NCBI GenBank assembly: GCA_001662655.1
Contig: KV460207.1
Strand: one strand, 5' to 3'
DNA length: 64,000 bases
DNA from: Pseudogymnoascus verrucosus
Taxonomy: Eukaryota
In this document: in pieces, positions 35,945-48,639 of the stretch
Numbering within the stretch: the stretch's first letter is position 1
Layout of the letters: each line of letters begins with the position of its first letter
Made by a program: the position numbers and the translations under genes
Notes under the pieces: model-generated
Database searches by the model: none
The model's input: only the letters and a program-made list of their open reading frames with translations
Told to the model about the DNA's origin: nothing

Positions 35945-38054
35945 CGAGGGCAAACCCAACCAGTGGCGAATCAACCTCCCCCACCTATGTCTCTCCCTCC
36001 ACCCCCCACACCACAGCTCACTCCGCGCCTTACCTTGGTTCGTTCGCCAGACAGTTTCGCCCCCCTTCATGTCATCCGATATCTATCCAGTTGCCTGTTA
36101 CTGTTGTGACTGTACCTCCAGTGACTCGAGAGTGACACGACCACGACACGACCCAGCGCCGGTCGGTTTCTCAATAACGAGGCAAGCAGGGCAATTTGCA
36201 TGTAGATGTTCGGGGTGCGTGGGTTGCATAGGGGATGGGAGCTGTGTGTGATACGATGGGATGAAGACGAGAGACCTACATACATACATCTACGACTCAC
36301 TTAACCACTCCCTCGGTCCGCTCGCCACGCCTCACTGACCTCATCCATACATACACACATTCCATATAAACAAACTGATGCCTAAAATCGCCACACTCCC
36401 ACCTCCAGCAGCAGCGCGGTCTTTCGGGTCATCCGTGGTCCATATCATATCATATCAATCCCACCACCCTCCCCTGGCCCATCTACCCGGCGGCCCTGAC
36501 AATCAATCAATCAAATTAACCCCGGACCGCGATCCCTGAAGCCATATGGAGCAAACTGGACACATACGCCACTCCGACCAAAGCTTACTCTTACTGTGCG
36601 TACGGCAAGGGAAAGAAAGATGTTTATAAAAAATGCTGCTAGGTAAGTAAGGGCTCGTTCAACTGTGCTTCCTCGGACCACCAGCCAATGGTTTTAAAAA
36701 CAGCCATGTCCGACCCTACTTACCTATCTCTATCTCTTGTCTGTCTGCCTAGTCCGGTGAAGCTCAAGGGCTTTTTCTACGCCGCTTTTGGGGGGAGGGG
36801 ACTGTCCTTTGTTATGTAGTTCTCGTGCCAGCTGAAATGTGTGGTTGTTTTTGAGACAAGATGTTAGAATGAGGAAGTCTCACGACAACAACCACGACAA
36901 TTCAACCACCTACCACACAACACAACAATCCAATCCAATCCATCCCATCTCCCGCAAAACTCCGCCGCCAACAACTTGTAGATGCAACCGACCACAGTCC
37001 GGTCCCCGAAGTTCATTCAGATCATCGGATATTATCCCCCATCTCCATCCCATCCCCTATCCATAAACCCGCACACACGCACTAGCACCTGCGGACGTCA
37101 GCAAGAGTCACAGCCAGCACGACAGATATTCCTGCTGTCGTGTTCCCACAGCACAACCCCAGGGTTATGTGCGAGTGTGAGTCGAGAGGATGACAGCACT
37201 AGTACTGTACCGCACGCGAGGAGCTGTGAGGGTACGAGGGGGGCAGGTAGGTACTGTACTATACTGTCTGAACTGTACCCTAGATCTAAAAATGCCAGAT
37301 GGATGGCCCGTTCCGCCGCGGTCGAGTGCTGGGGGCCGGGGCTGATGTCATGTGCAGCGTACATGCATACATAGATGGGATGTACTTGCATGGGTTGGGA
37401 GAAAGGGGGGGGGGATATATTTGGGAGGTTGTACTTTGGGGGTTGTAGTTCACGTGAGGAGGGTTGGGTTTGGTGATGGGGAGCCTTGTTGCTGCTGGTT
37501 TGGTTATTATGATGTCTTCGGTGAGTGTATAGGGGTTATTTATTGTTGTATATTTTATTTAATAATTGGGTTGATTTATTGTTTGATGCGTGGTTTTGGT
37601 GATATTAGTTGTTGTGAGTATTTAATTATGAGAAATACGTTATAAAATTCCCATTCTCATAATTTATACACATTGAGAATATAATTAAGACAAAACCATT
37701 AATTTATTCCACCTCATCACCCACATACACCGTTCCCAAGCTCTAGCACCATATAAATACACACCAACGCCTTCCGCCACCCCCAAGCCTCAATATATAA
37801 CCCATGCCATCTCGCAGCCCAATCCTCAAACGCCTCATCTGCAAGCAATCCCCTCATGCCACATAGCCAGCCTCGCCTCCCCAGCCTCTTACACACCGAA
37901 CGCCTCTCCCCTTGAGCCTCATCTTGCACACACCCCCGGTTTCCCCCCCCTTCAGCCTCAACTTCCACACACCGAGCGTTTGCCTTTCAGCCTCAACCCC
38001 TCCCCCTGCCGAATTAACACCAGCGGCTCTCCCTCCCCCGGCCTAATCCTCCCC

Positions 38055-38516
38055 CTAAGACTTCACCACAAAAATATCTCCCCCCGCTCCAACAACCACC
38101 CCCCTCACCCCCCCTTCCTCCATCGCTCTCCACATTCCCCCCCTCCTCCCCCCCTTCTCCCCCTTCCTCCTCTTCCACCCCCTCCCCTCCCTATCCCTCC
38201 TCCCCCTCCTCCGTCCCAGCACCCACCCCAGAATCCCCACCACCGCCCACGCAACCACAACCATCCCGAGCACCACTCCAATCCCAAGTACATCACCCTT
38301 CGTCACCCCTCCCCCCCCAATGCGTTCTCTTCCCCATTCCCCCTCCACCTCCTTCAACCGAAAACAAGTTCCAAATCTGTCATCAACGGTGTAGGCGGGG
38401 CAGTCGAGGATGACATGGGGGGGGACGTGGATGTGGTTTTTGTGGTCGAAGATGTCGCTTCGGTCGGGGGGAAGGGAGGAGGAGGTGGAGAGGAAGGTGG
38501 TGTAGGACTGGGGCAT
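38055..38516 (-). CDS. Hypothetical single-pass membrane protein, ~153 aa
   Basis: ATG at 38516 in an ACAACAATG context (MPQSYTTF..). A hydrophobic segment VLGIGVVLGMVVVAWAVVGILGWVLG is followed by a basic Arg/Gly-rich tail. The DNA is low-complexity, so the ORF may be spurious. Confidence 0.45.
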   Translation of the reverse strand: MPQSYTTFLSTSSSLPPDRSDIFDHKNHIHVPPHVILDCPAYTVDDRFGTCFRLKEVEGEWGRERIGGGGVTKGDVLGIGVVLGMVVVAWAVVGILGWVLGRRRGRRDREGRGWKRRKGEKGGRRGGMWRAMEEGGVRGVVVGAGGDIFVVKS

Positions 38517-39704
38517 TGTTGTTTGTTGTGAGGGTTTGGGAGGTTGGTTGGTTGGTTTGAGAGATTGAGGGTTTGAGTGAGTTTTTGAGAGCTTGAGGGT
38601 TTGAATGAGTTTGCGAGAGGTTGGGTTTCTGAGAGCTTGAGGTTCTGAAAGTCTGAACTCTTGCCGTTGAGCTTGGAGGATTGGATGGTAGTTCGTCTGG
38701 CTCAGAAGCTTAGAAGCAACTTTTCGATTTTGGATCCTGGTTTTGCTCGCAGCGATCTTTGGATTGTAAACTGAAGATTGACTTGCAACGAGCCTAGGAG
38801 ACCAATGCCCGTACCCCGCTATTGAGAGTAGAGCTCGAGCCCACAGACGTGGAAGTCTGACAAAGACCTCGACAATAATTGAAAAGCCGCTGCAATTCGC
38901 ATACAGACGACAACAACAAACAGAAGAAAAAAGAAGAAAAGAACCCTCCACCTACCTAGCAAGACCTACCCCGCCGCCACTACGTAAACCTCACCCCCAT
39001 CGAATATAAAAAGTCAATCACGAGGGACGTGGTGCCATTCCCAGAACTGCGGAGAGAGAGTGGCCTGTCATATCAAACCTTAAACTCACGCCGGTCCACA
39101 CTATCCGGCGCCGGCGGCAACCCCACCAAAGGCTAGCCTCAAGGAGTCCGTCCACACCACACCCATATCACATCAATCAGCAAAAACACACAAGACCAAG
39201 CATTCTCCAATAATCTCTCGTGTATTGCCTTTCCATTCATTCATTCCCAGCAGCGCAGCGCATCTTCCAAACGGCGAAACCCTTCTATCTCAAGAAAGAA
39301 AAATAAAAGGAGCCCTATGCTACACACCATTCGTCACCGTCGCGCATCAAAAATACACAAATAAAAAAGGACGCCGCATCCCCCGTACCTGCTTGCTGAT
39401 GCAAATGCCCCCCACCCACCCCGCCCATCTCCGCTTCCCCGTCATCGTTTCCATCCTTCGTCCCAAAATTCCCTCCGCTGGGTATTACAAAGCCGCCTCC
39501 CCACCCCTTGCTTCGCACCGAGCGTTGTCCCATTTTTGTTCCCACATCGACCCCACATCGACGCAGAAAAGGAGCCTCCCTTTCTACTTTCAGATACTCC
39601 CATGTACTTCGCCACCACCACACCTCTGTAGTCCGGTTAAATAGTCCAATATATCCTTTATTCAAGCATACGTCGTACACGCGCGCTGACCCACGGCAGT
39701 CCCA

Positions 39705-42688
39705 TCAATGCCACTGATTTTGCGCCCCCATGAACCCCTCTTCCAGCGTGCGGTCCTCGAGGTTACGGATGAAATCCCTGTTACTCCTCGCGCCTTGCTG
39801 CGCGCCCTGCGCGCCCTGCGCTGCTCTGCTACCGCGGCGCCGCTGGCTGCCCGGGTTGCCATCCGGCATTCCGTCGGGGGGAGGTGGGTAGTACGCTGGA
39901 CTGGGTTGCAAGCGGATCGGCTGCGTGGGGTCGAGGTGGCTTGCGACGCGCTGGATGGCGGGTGGGATTCCACCTTGTTGCACTTCCATTGTCGTGGCTC
40001 TCTGGCGTCTCGCTTGGGATTGGGGGTATAGACCTTGTTGCGCTGGCTGGCCGTACTGTCCTGTAGGCATCTGCGGTGGGGGCTGCTGTTGCATCATCCC
40101 GCCTTGTGGGTAGCCGCCGGGCTGGGCGGGGTATGGTGGCGGGCCGGCTTGGTGGGCTTGGGTTGGTGGGTACATGGCGCTGTTATTGTACAGCTGCGCT
40201 GCTTGGGGGTGGGCTTGGGGGTGGGACTGGGGAGGATACTGGTTGCTGGGTAAACCGCCAACTTGTTGTGATTGTGTCGGGTATTGTTGAGCCGCATGGG
40301 CCTGGGCAGCTGCTTGGGCAGCGTGGGCTTGGGCTTGAGCTGCGGAGTGTTGTTGGGCGAGCTGGGCTTGTGCGGCTTGTGCGCGTTGCTTGCTTAGCGC
40401 TTCGGCCTGCTGTTGCTGCTGGGTTCCAGGGGCGGGGGATCGGTTGGAAGAACTGGTCTTTAGGTTCATGGGTGGTACAAATGGTCCAGTGTACTTTTGC
40501 TGGGTGATGAATGGATGGAGCTTGGCTTGCTGTGGTGACCATCGCTCCAATGGATTGATGTTCAATAAGCCTCGGATGAAGTCGATGAATGCTACCCTAT
40601 TGTTCATCTCTGTATATTTTGTTAGTGAGCTGCCATATGGGATAATTATCGTAGACCTTACCTCGTTCCACCTCGTTTGGTTTCATATTTTTCCTGGGCA
40701 TGGCGTATGATCGTATTATCTCCGGTAGCGTCGTCGCTTGGAAGTATTTCTTGCTCGGCTGCTCTTTAGAACCATGTTCTCTTGAGTATTGCTCCATGCT
40801 CTTCAGGTGGTATGTCCTCCTCCCAAAATCGTCAACATCATGGCGCTTCTCAAAGAATTCTCCGGACTGTTTCCCCATCTCCAACATCCAGTTTGGCGGG
40901 TTGCCTAGCATTTCGACAATGCGCGACACCTGGTTATATTCGGATGAACCAGGGAACAGTGGTAAACCTAAGAAAAGTTCCACCACAATACAACCTAATG
41001 ACCACATATCAATCGCCGAGGAATATGGTAGGCCAAGTAGAACCTCTGGAGACCGATAAAATCGAGACTGAATGTAGGTATACACCGTTTGGCGTTCGTC
41101 ACAAGCCGAGCCAAAATCAATGATCTTAATGATGGGGCTCTCGAGGTTCTTGAGTAAGATGTTCTCGGGCTTAAGATCACAGTGTATAAGGCGCGCCTTG
41201 TTCAACAGGGCAAGCCCAGTTAAAAGCTGCTGCGCGAATACACGGACAAGCGTCGTGCTTAGACCGCGGAACTGGTTCTGCTTGATGAGTTCGTACAAAT
41301 TGACGCTCAAGAGTTCGAAGACCAAGCAGAGATGCTGCCTGTGAATAAATGTGTCTCTGAGCCTGAGCAGATGGTGGTCGTCGTTCTTGTCGAGCTTGCT
41401 GTTAATCTGCATGGGGTTAGCACTTGTAGTTTATTCAATAAGGACCAATTCTCACCAAGTCGAGCACAGAGACTTCCATCATACTTTGGTTAAAGTATGC
41501 CGTCTTATTCTTGATCACCTTAACGGCGACAACCTCCTGGGTCTTCAAGTTCTGGCACTTAACCACTTGACCGAAGGTACCCTGGCCAAGAACATCGAGA
41601 ATGAGATAGCGGTTCCTACAATTGATTAGATTGCAACTCGTTGAAGTATGGGGATTGCAGTAAAGCTTACTTATGACCCGTCTCTTCCGAACCAAGGATA
41701 TCGTTGACATATAAAATGTAATCGCTGTCCTCGTTGTCGAACCCGTCATTCTTCGTTCCCTTGCTCGGTTTGGTGAGTACTCTCCTGGGGTTTCGGGACG
41801 ATTCGTATTTGAACATTGGGTTGCATATTCGGTATGTCGATGGTAAGTGTGTCGTGAGCGCTTGTAGTGGCTAAATCGAATTATTAGAGGAGTCAGACGA
41901 CGACACGGATTTCTACTTACACTGATGAATCCACCCTCTGGGTTCGCTCTTCTGAACGCAGGCTGCGCATTGATCTGTGGTTGAAGATCTGAAACGGACC
42001 TCAGCTTCACGAACTGCGGGATCGGACCACGCTCTACAGGTGGTGCTGCTGCTGGATGAGGCCTGCGGGGTGACTTGGGGTCATTGCCAAAGACTGCATT
42101 CAGCTGTGTTGTTGCCGATGGTGGGTATGAATCCTGGCTGTTGTTCGAGGAGTAGGGCGTTATGGGAGGTAGTTGTTGCACCTGCTGTCGTGATGAATAG
42201 TATGAGTTCGGCGAAGAATAGCTCGACCTCGTTGGAGATTGCCGGTTGGTATATGGATTCTGGCTGGTCTGAGTACTCGTAATGTACGGCGTAGCTCCCG
42301 ATACAGCTTCCATCGGGGAGTATCTCTGAGCTGCCGATGACTGCTCTTGAGGGCTTTGTGGATGTAATCCGGAGCGACTGCTAGATGACAGATGCTGCTG
42401 GTGATGTGGTCGCATCGGGTACTTGACACCGCTGTACGGGTCCCCGATATCTTGCATGGCTACGTCTCCGTTGCCGTCTCGAGTTTGAGGGGTATTCGGC
42501 GTCGATGCCACCATGGACTGCCCTTGCGAAGCCGGGTTCGTTGCACCTTGGTATTGATCGAGCCTATAGTTGGGCTGCGCACCACTCGAACCGTATTCTC
42601 GTGCCTGTTGAGGCTGGCCTGCCTGTGAATTGGAATCAAACCTACGAGCACCTCCGCCAGTACTAGAATATGCCTGCCATTGATCCAT
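39705..42688 (-). CDS. YAK1: DYRK-family protein kinase Yak1, 5 exons
   Basis: GQGTFGQV, VAVK, HCDLKPEN, DFGSAC and the activation loop YTYIQSRFYRSPE; Q/P-rich termini. Introns at 41871-41920, 41616-41670, 41407-41455 and 40610-40661. Confidence 0.95.
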
Positions 42689-44136
42689 GACAGATAAATA
42701 CGTTCAACTTCGCTGCGCAGCAGAAGCGGGGCTTGCGCGAGCTTGTTGTTGGGTAGACCTGGCGGCGCGGCGTCAGGCCAATCGCGAAGGAACGCGTGGG
42801 AGAGGGCCAGTATTTGCTGGGGGAGAGGCGAAGGGAGCCTGTAAACGTAGATGCCTTCGTCTCAAAGATGCATCATGATGCTGGGCGACAGCGTGAGTAT
42901 GTTGTTACACTTGTACTCCAACGTCAGGTCGCCATTACGAGTTAGCGCCAGCGTCGCGGTTGGTTTGGCGAGCCCAGCGACGACCAATACGGCAGAGATG
43001 ACCGCAACGGTGTATTGCTTATTTATGAAGTATTCGGATTAATTATTACGGATATATTGGTCGCATGCAGGCATATAATATATAAGCCTTCGCATTCTAC
43101 AAAATGACTACTTCATTGCTCATCATTCACCACGTACATCATGTCACAAATTATTCAATGAGCTGTTTTATGACTGCTGATGGTGCATACGAATCTCCCC
43201 ACTCTAATGAAATTGTCTCTACAGTGTATCAAACCTGTCAGGCACAGGGCTCCACAGCTTTGTCTTGACAACTGATAATAATCACGCGCAGCCTCAGAGG
43301 GGTTGGAAACCTTTTTGTTTGTTGCCCTGTAATTCATCCGCCCTGGGATGCTCCGCCCATGTATTTTGGACTGGAATCGCGGCTGCGCTTAACAACCGAC
43401 CACGCAAGATCAGATCTCGCGCCAATCCGGAAACATTTCATGTGCTTGTCGTAGTCAAGCCAACGGCGCAGATTATCAGTCACATGACCCAGACTTTATC
43501 ATTTGCGTTCTTATTCTGATATATAAGTTCTCTATTCTTCGTTGGGCATTGATAGCGTTGTTCTATGGATGAGGCTGGCAGTGTTCCTGAGGTAGAAGGT
43601 GGTGTTGCCAGTGTCTCAATAATCGTTATCTGATATTCTACTGTTGTCGTATTAAATATTATCTCAAGCTTCCAGTTCACATTGTTTTCATCATAGAACA
43701 ACGATAAACTGTACTTGTCTATATTGAGGCTACTGTTCGTACATATTGTCAATGGTCTAGTGATGTATTGAATGTATTATCGTGAATTGTGATTGGCTAA
43801 TTTGACAACAATGGTCTATTGTGGGTCCTAGCGGCCAGGCTGAAGGTCGTAGCCTGGCCATCTGAGGAATTCCGATTTGACTGAACTTCAAAAAAGGGTT
43901 CCAAGACTCAACATCACCTTTTATTTTCTTCATACTTTCGAACTTTCTTTTTATTTGCAAGCTGGCAGTACGTAAGCAGACGCTTTACTCTTCCACTTCC
44001 TTCACATTTTCCCGTCATCAAGCAAGATTTCACATTTCTCTGCTCAAAGCCTGCCGATAAGACCTTCAGCCTCGGGTTCCAACCTCAAACTCCGAACATA
44101 AAGAATCTTCTTCTATGCAATAATTGTTCCGCAAAT

Positions 44137-47100
44137 ATGCCGCTCAACTCCACCGCAGAGGCGGATGTTGAGCCGAATCATCCTTCGCACGATAGACCCT
44201 CAGAGGGCGTTGCGAACATTGATGACGATGCCAAAAATACGACTGCCGAGGCAGATACCACTACCACCCCTCCACATGCGCCACCGCCGGACGCCGATGA
44301 AACCGCAAGCCCTGGCGATAACATGGATGCGATTTTGGGAGGCTTGACGGAAGGGATTCGCAATCAAGAAGACATACAGCGAGACATCACGGCCCGGGCG
44401 AACATCGCACTGGTGGCGCAAGAGGATGAGAGAGACGAGAAGAGGATTGAGAGGGCGACTACGAACAGGGATAGGTTGATGAATCAAAAACAGAAACAGC
44501 TGCGACGCCTGGACCTGGTCACCACAACGTCGACACAAAAGAAGGCCATTAGGGACGAGATCGCGGATATTGACGAGAAGGTGGCTGGTCTTAATAATGA
44601 CATCGTTCAGTCCCAGGAGCGAATTCAACTGCGACATATGGAACAGGATGGTGCAGACAAGAACGATGGCGAGGTTTCTACCGCAAATAGGCGAATGCCA
44701 AATGAAAGCCAGCGCGACTTCCTCATCAGGACTGGAAAGATCACACCGTTTTCTAGGATGGAAGCTAGACCGACCGAAGGACCTACAGGAGAACTGACAA
44801 ACATTTTGATGGAGGCTGAAGAGGCAGCCGAGCTTCCTGGGGTGACTGATGACCAGTCAGCCGAGCCGAGATCTCATCAATTTCTGAGGAAGCCTGGCTT
44901 TGAGGACATCAGCGAGGTCAGCAGCCCAACCGATGAGGATGCTGGACCTTCTCGCCCTCGCAAAAAGCGCCGTGTTGGAGATGGAAGTGCTATCACATCA
45001 GCTGAGGCATCGGAGGGAGAGTTTATTCCGGATTCTGCGAGACCTCGGAAATCTCCAGGCGCCGACTCGGCTTATACTCCGGATATAATAGATGGAGATT
45101 TCATTGTTGGCGACGAAGAAGAAGAGGAGGATGACGAAGGCATTGTTGATATTGGCCGAGCCGTGAAGAAGGCAGCAAAAGGAAAAGCCAAAGCCAAAGA
45201 TGTGATAGAAAAAGTTGTCGACGATGGCAACGAGGTCGACTACCAGAAGCGATTAAAGAGCTGGGTGGCTAAGCGCAGTCGAGCTCGCCGCATGAAACTT
45301 GGAGAGGAGGCAGATGTTGACGACGGGGAAGAGGAGTGGTTCAAGCGCAGTCCTGATGCTCCTGACCACCACTTACCGAATGACTTGAGGCTCCCTGGAG
45401 ATATTTATCCAGCTCTATATGATTACCAGAAGACTGGCGTGCAATGGCTTGGCGAACTGTATGCGTCCCAAGTCGGGGGTATTGTGGGAGATGAGATGGG
45501 TCTTGGAAAAACAATTCAAGTCGTCTCTTTCATAGCGGCACTCCATTTCAGCAAACAGCTCAACAAACCCGTTATCGTTGTGGCCCCTGCGACGGTTCTT
45601 CAACAGTGGGTGAACGAATTTCACAGATGGTGGCCTGCACTCCGGGTGTCCATATTACACACCTCTGGCAGTGGAATGATGAATGTTCGTCAAGAGAGCC
45701 GCGTTGAAGATGAGGAGGAGGATGTCACGCGCACTCGTGGGGGAAAGAAAGAGCCAAAAGCCAAAAAGGCAGCAAAGCGCATCGTGGACCGTGTTGTGAA
45801 GCAAGGTCATGTCCTTGTCACCACCTACGCCGGTCTCCAAACATACGGCGACCTTCTCGTCCCTGTGGAATGGGGCTACGCTGTGCTGGATGAAGGTCAC
45901 AAGATTCGAAACCCGAACACGACTGTCACCATCTATTGCAAGGAGCTACAAACTCCAAACCGTATTATCCTCTCCGGCACGCCACTACAGAACAACTTGA
46001 TTGAACTTTGGTCATTGTTCGATTTCATTTACCCGATGCGCCTGGGAACGTTGGTTAACTTCCGCAATCAATTTGAGATTCCAATCAAGCTTGGTGGCTA
46101 TGCCAATGCAACCAATCTTCAAATTCTGACAGCTACGAAATGTGCGGAGACCTTGAAAGAAGCTATCGGACCGTACCTCATCCAAAGACTGAAGGCGGAT
46201 GTTGCATCTGACCTTCCAAAGAAGACGGAGCAAGTATTGTTTTGCAAGCTCACAAAGCCACAAAGACAAGCTTACGAGGAGTTCTTGAAATCGGAAGAGA
46301 TGGTATCAATTCTCAATCGCACGAGACAGTCGCTGTATGGAATCGATATTCTGCGCAAGGTTTGCAATCACCCAGATCTCTTGGAGCCGCAGTTACGGAA
46401 CAGAGCTGGGTACAAGTGGGGGAACCCAAACAAATCCGGCAAGATGCAAGTCGTCAAGGCTTTGATTATGATGTGGAAAGCGAAAGGCGACAAGATACTT
46501 CTATTCAGCCAGGGTGTGCAGATGCTCAACATCATCGAAGAGTTTGTGAAGAGTCTTGGTGGGTTCACTTATTTGCGTATGGACGGTGGCACCCCTATTA
46601 AGGAACGCCAAACTATGGTCACAAATTTCAACGAGAATCCGGATATCAACATATTCCTGCTCACAACAAAGGTGGGAGGCCTTGGTGTGAACTTGACTGG
46701 GGCAAATCGTGTGATCATCTTTGATCCCGACTGGAATCCTTCCACCGATGTCCAAGCACGCGAGAGAGCTTGGCGTCTTGGACAAAAGAAAGAAGTTACC
46801 ATTTATCGCCTGATGACTGCTGGAACGATCGAAGAAAAGATCTATCATCGTCAGATTTTCAAGCAGTTTCTAGCTGACAAGATCTTGAAAGACCCCAAAC
46901 AACGCCAGACTTTTCATATGAAAGATCTTTATGACCTCTTCACTCTTGGATCTTCAGAGGACAGCACTACAGAGACGGGAGAGATATTTAAAGGGACGGA
47001 AGTGAAATTTAAGAGAGACGTGGAACCGGTTCTGGATTACGACGGCACGAGCAGAATGCCTTCTCAAGATATCCCACCAAGAAACGCAGTATCTCAAGCT

Positions 47101-47862
47101 GTCAACGGCGAGACTGCCAAGGACCTCATTGCGGGGAAAGTCACAGATCCCCTAGCTTCCACCGACGGCAAGGTCCTACCATCCAACCTCGAGCGTGACG
47201 AGGTGGGCAACTTCATCGGTATCGCCAAGATGGAAGACTTCCACGATGAAGACGAAGGCAAGACCTCGACAGAAGAATCTCGCATCATGGAAGGCATCTT
47301 TGCTCGCTCGGGTGTCCACTCTGTCCTCCAGCACGACAAGATCATAAACGGCAAGCGCGTCGTCCAAGCGGACCGCGGGATGATCGAACGCGAAGCCAAG
47401 CGCATCGCAGCTGAAGCCGCAGCAGAACTTCGCAGATCCGGAGAAGAAGCACGCAATGTCCCCATCGGCACAGTTACCTGGACTGGCCAGGTTGGCGAAG
47501 CTGGGCGACCTGCTCCTGCGAGACGTAGAGGTCCCGGTGCCTCGGGCGTGTTGCAGGGGTTGAATGAGAGACAAGGCCCTGGCTCTTCTCTCAGCAGCCC
47601 TGGAAGCTCGAGGAGTGGTACACCGACCAGTGGAACGCGTGGGCCGAGGGGCAAGGACTTCTTGAAGCTTATCAGGGATTACATCCGCATTCAGGGTGGA
47701 AGCGTCCCGTCCCAGATGCTCGTGGTGCATTTCGGGAATATGTGCAGGACGCCCCAACAGACGGCCGATTTTAAGGCGATGTTGGATGAGGTTGCGGAGA
47801 TCAAGCGGCCGAATGGAGCGAATGCGCGGGGAAGATGGGAGTTGAGGGATGAATTTAAATGA
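44137..47862 (+). CDS. RAD26: SNF2-family TC-NER ATPase Rad26/Rhp26/CSB, intronless, 1241 aa
   Basis: LIRTGKITPF, GDEMGLGKT, LDEGHKIRNP, LSGTPLQNNLIELWSL, PIKLGGYANA, QARERAWRLGQ and EEKIYHRQIFKQFL. Confidence 0.96.
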   Translation: MPLNSTAEADVEPNHPSHDRPSEGVANIDDDAKNTTAEADTTTTPPHAPPPDADETASPGDNMDAILGGLTEGIRNQEDIQRDITARANIALVAQEDERDEKRIERATTNRDRLMNQKQKQLRRLDLVTTTSTQKKAIRDEIADIDEKVAGLNNDIVQSQERIQLRHMEQDGADKNDGEVSTANRRMPNESQRDFLIRTGKITPFSRMEARPTEGPTGELTNILMEAEEAAELPGVTDDQSAEPRSHQFLRKPGFEDISEVSSPTDEDAGPSRPRKKRRVGDGSAITSAEASEGEFIPDSARPRKSPGADSAYTPDIIDGDFIVGDEEEEEDDEGIVDIGRAVKKAAKGKAKAKDVIEKVVDDGNEVDYQKRLKSWVAKRSRARRMKLGEEADVDDGEEEWFKRSPDAPDHHLPNDLRLPGDIYPALYDYQKTGVQWLGELYASQVGGIVGDEMGLGKTIQVVSFIAALHFSKQLNKPVIVVAPATVLQQWVNEFHRWWPALRVSILHTSGSGMMNVRQESRVEDEEEDVTRTRGGKKEPKAKKAAKRIVDRVVKQGHVLVTTYAGLQTYGDLLVPVEWGYAVLDEGHKIRNPNTTVTIYCKELQTPNRIILSGTPLQNNLIELWSLFDFIYPMRLGTLVNFRNQFEIPIKLGGYANATNLQILTATKCAETLKEAIGPYLIQRLKADVASDLPKKTEQVLFCKLTKPQRQAYEEFLKSEEMVSILNRTRQSLYGIDILRKVCNHPDLLEPQLRNRAGYKWGNPNKSGKMQVVKALIMMWKAKGDKILLFSQGVQMLNIIEEFVKSLGGFTYLRMDGGTPIKERQTMVTNFNENPDINIFLLTTKVGGLGVNLTGANRVIIFDPDWNPSTDVQARERAWRLGQKKEVTIYRLMTAGTIEEKIYHRQIFKQFLADKILKDPKQRQTFHMKDLYDLFTLGSSEDSTTETGEIFKGTEVKFKRDVEPVLDYDGTSRMPSQDIPPRNAVSQAVNGETAKDLIAGKVTDPLASTDGKVLPSNLERDEVGNFIGIAKMEDFHDEDEGKTSTEESRIMEGIFARSGVHSVLQHDKIINGKRVVQADRGMIEREAKRIAAEAAAELRRSGEEARNVPIGTVTWTGQVGEAGRPAPARRRGPGASGVLQGLNERQGPGSSLSSPGSSRSGTPTSGTRGPRGKDFLKLIRDYIRIQGGSVPSQMLVVHFGNMCRTPQQTADFKAMLDEVAEIKRPNGANARGRWELRDEFK

Positions 47863-48639
47863 ATTGGAGTTTTGGGAGTTTGGTCACATGAAGGCATTGT
47901 TTATGCACATGACTTGCATTTGGAGGAAATACCCTGGGAGCATTGTTATGGGAGAATCAGGGGGGATCAGAGAGCGTTTGTTGCGCGATTTCTGGCGCTG
48001 GGATATGGGTCGTTAAGGGGTTGGGGACTCATGGCCTCACTTTACATAGGCCATAGAACTGGCATTGAGCCAAAATAATACAATGGCACTAGGTGCCTTG
48101 CTAATATTTCAGAGAAATGAAGACGTTAAACTCACATTTACAAAATCTTGAACTGTGATTGTTACAATATCCAAGTGTAATTTATTATACAGCTAATATC
48201 ATAAATGGGCCTCTTTTTAATTCAAAAATCATAAATAGGCCTCTTTTTATATATAATATCATAAGTAGGCCTCTTTTTAATACAATATCAGGAATGGGCC
48301 TCTTTTTTTCTTATCGCGCACGTGCCTAATTATTCTGCCAGTTATATGACCAAGCATCAGCTGACTTTGACTTCCCTGCTCTAATTAAAGTTATAAATTT
48401 AATTTACATAGCAGACGACTAAGGGTATTATGATGCCCTAGCTATTCCTATGCTCCTAGACTCCTAGACTCCTAGACTCCTAATCCTCCATAAGCTTATC
48501 ATTTCAATCTTCCTGGATATTTATATCTAGTCATATGCAGGCGCATGCGACGGACAAGCTGTATGTCCTTTGCTTAGATAGTTACATACTTAGTGTGAAT
48601 AGTAGCTAGGTTAGTCACTAGATTGATTACTATAATATT

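Noticed and set aside
36716..36900. U1 snRNA suggested by TACTTACCT
   Set aside because: The downstream sequence shows no U1-like stem-loops or Sm site that I can identify, and the motif is common in fungal intergenic DNA.
38517..38951. N-terminal extension of the 298-aa minus ORF
   Set aside because: It starts at a non-ATG codon and reads like 5' UTR. The first ATG is at 38516.
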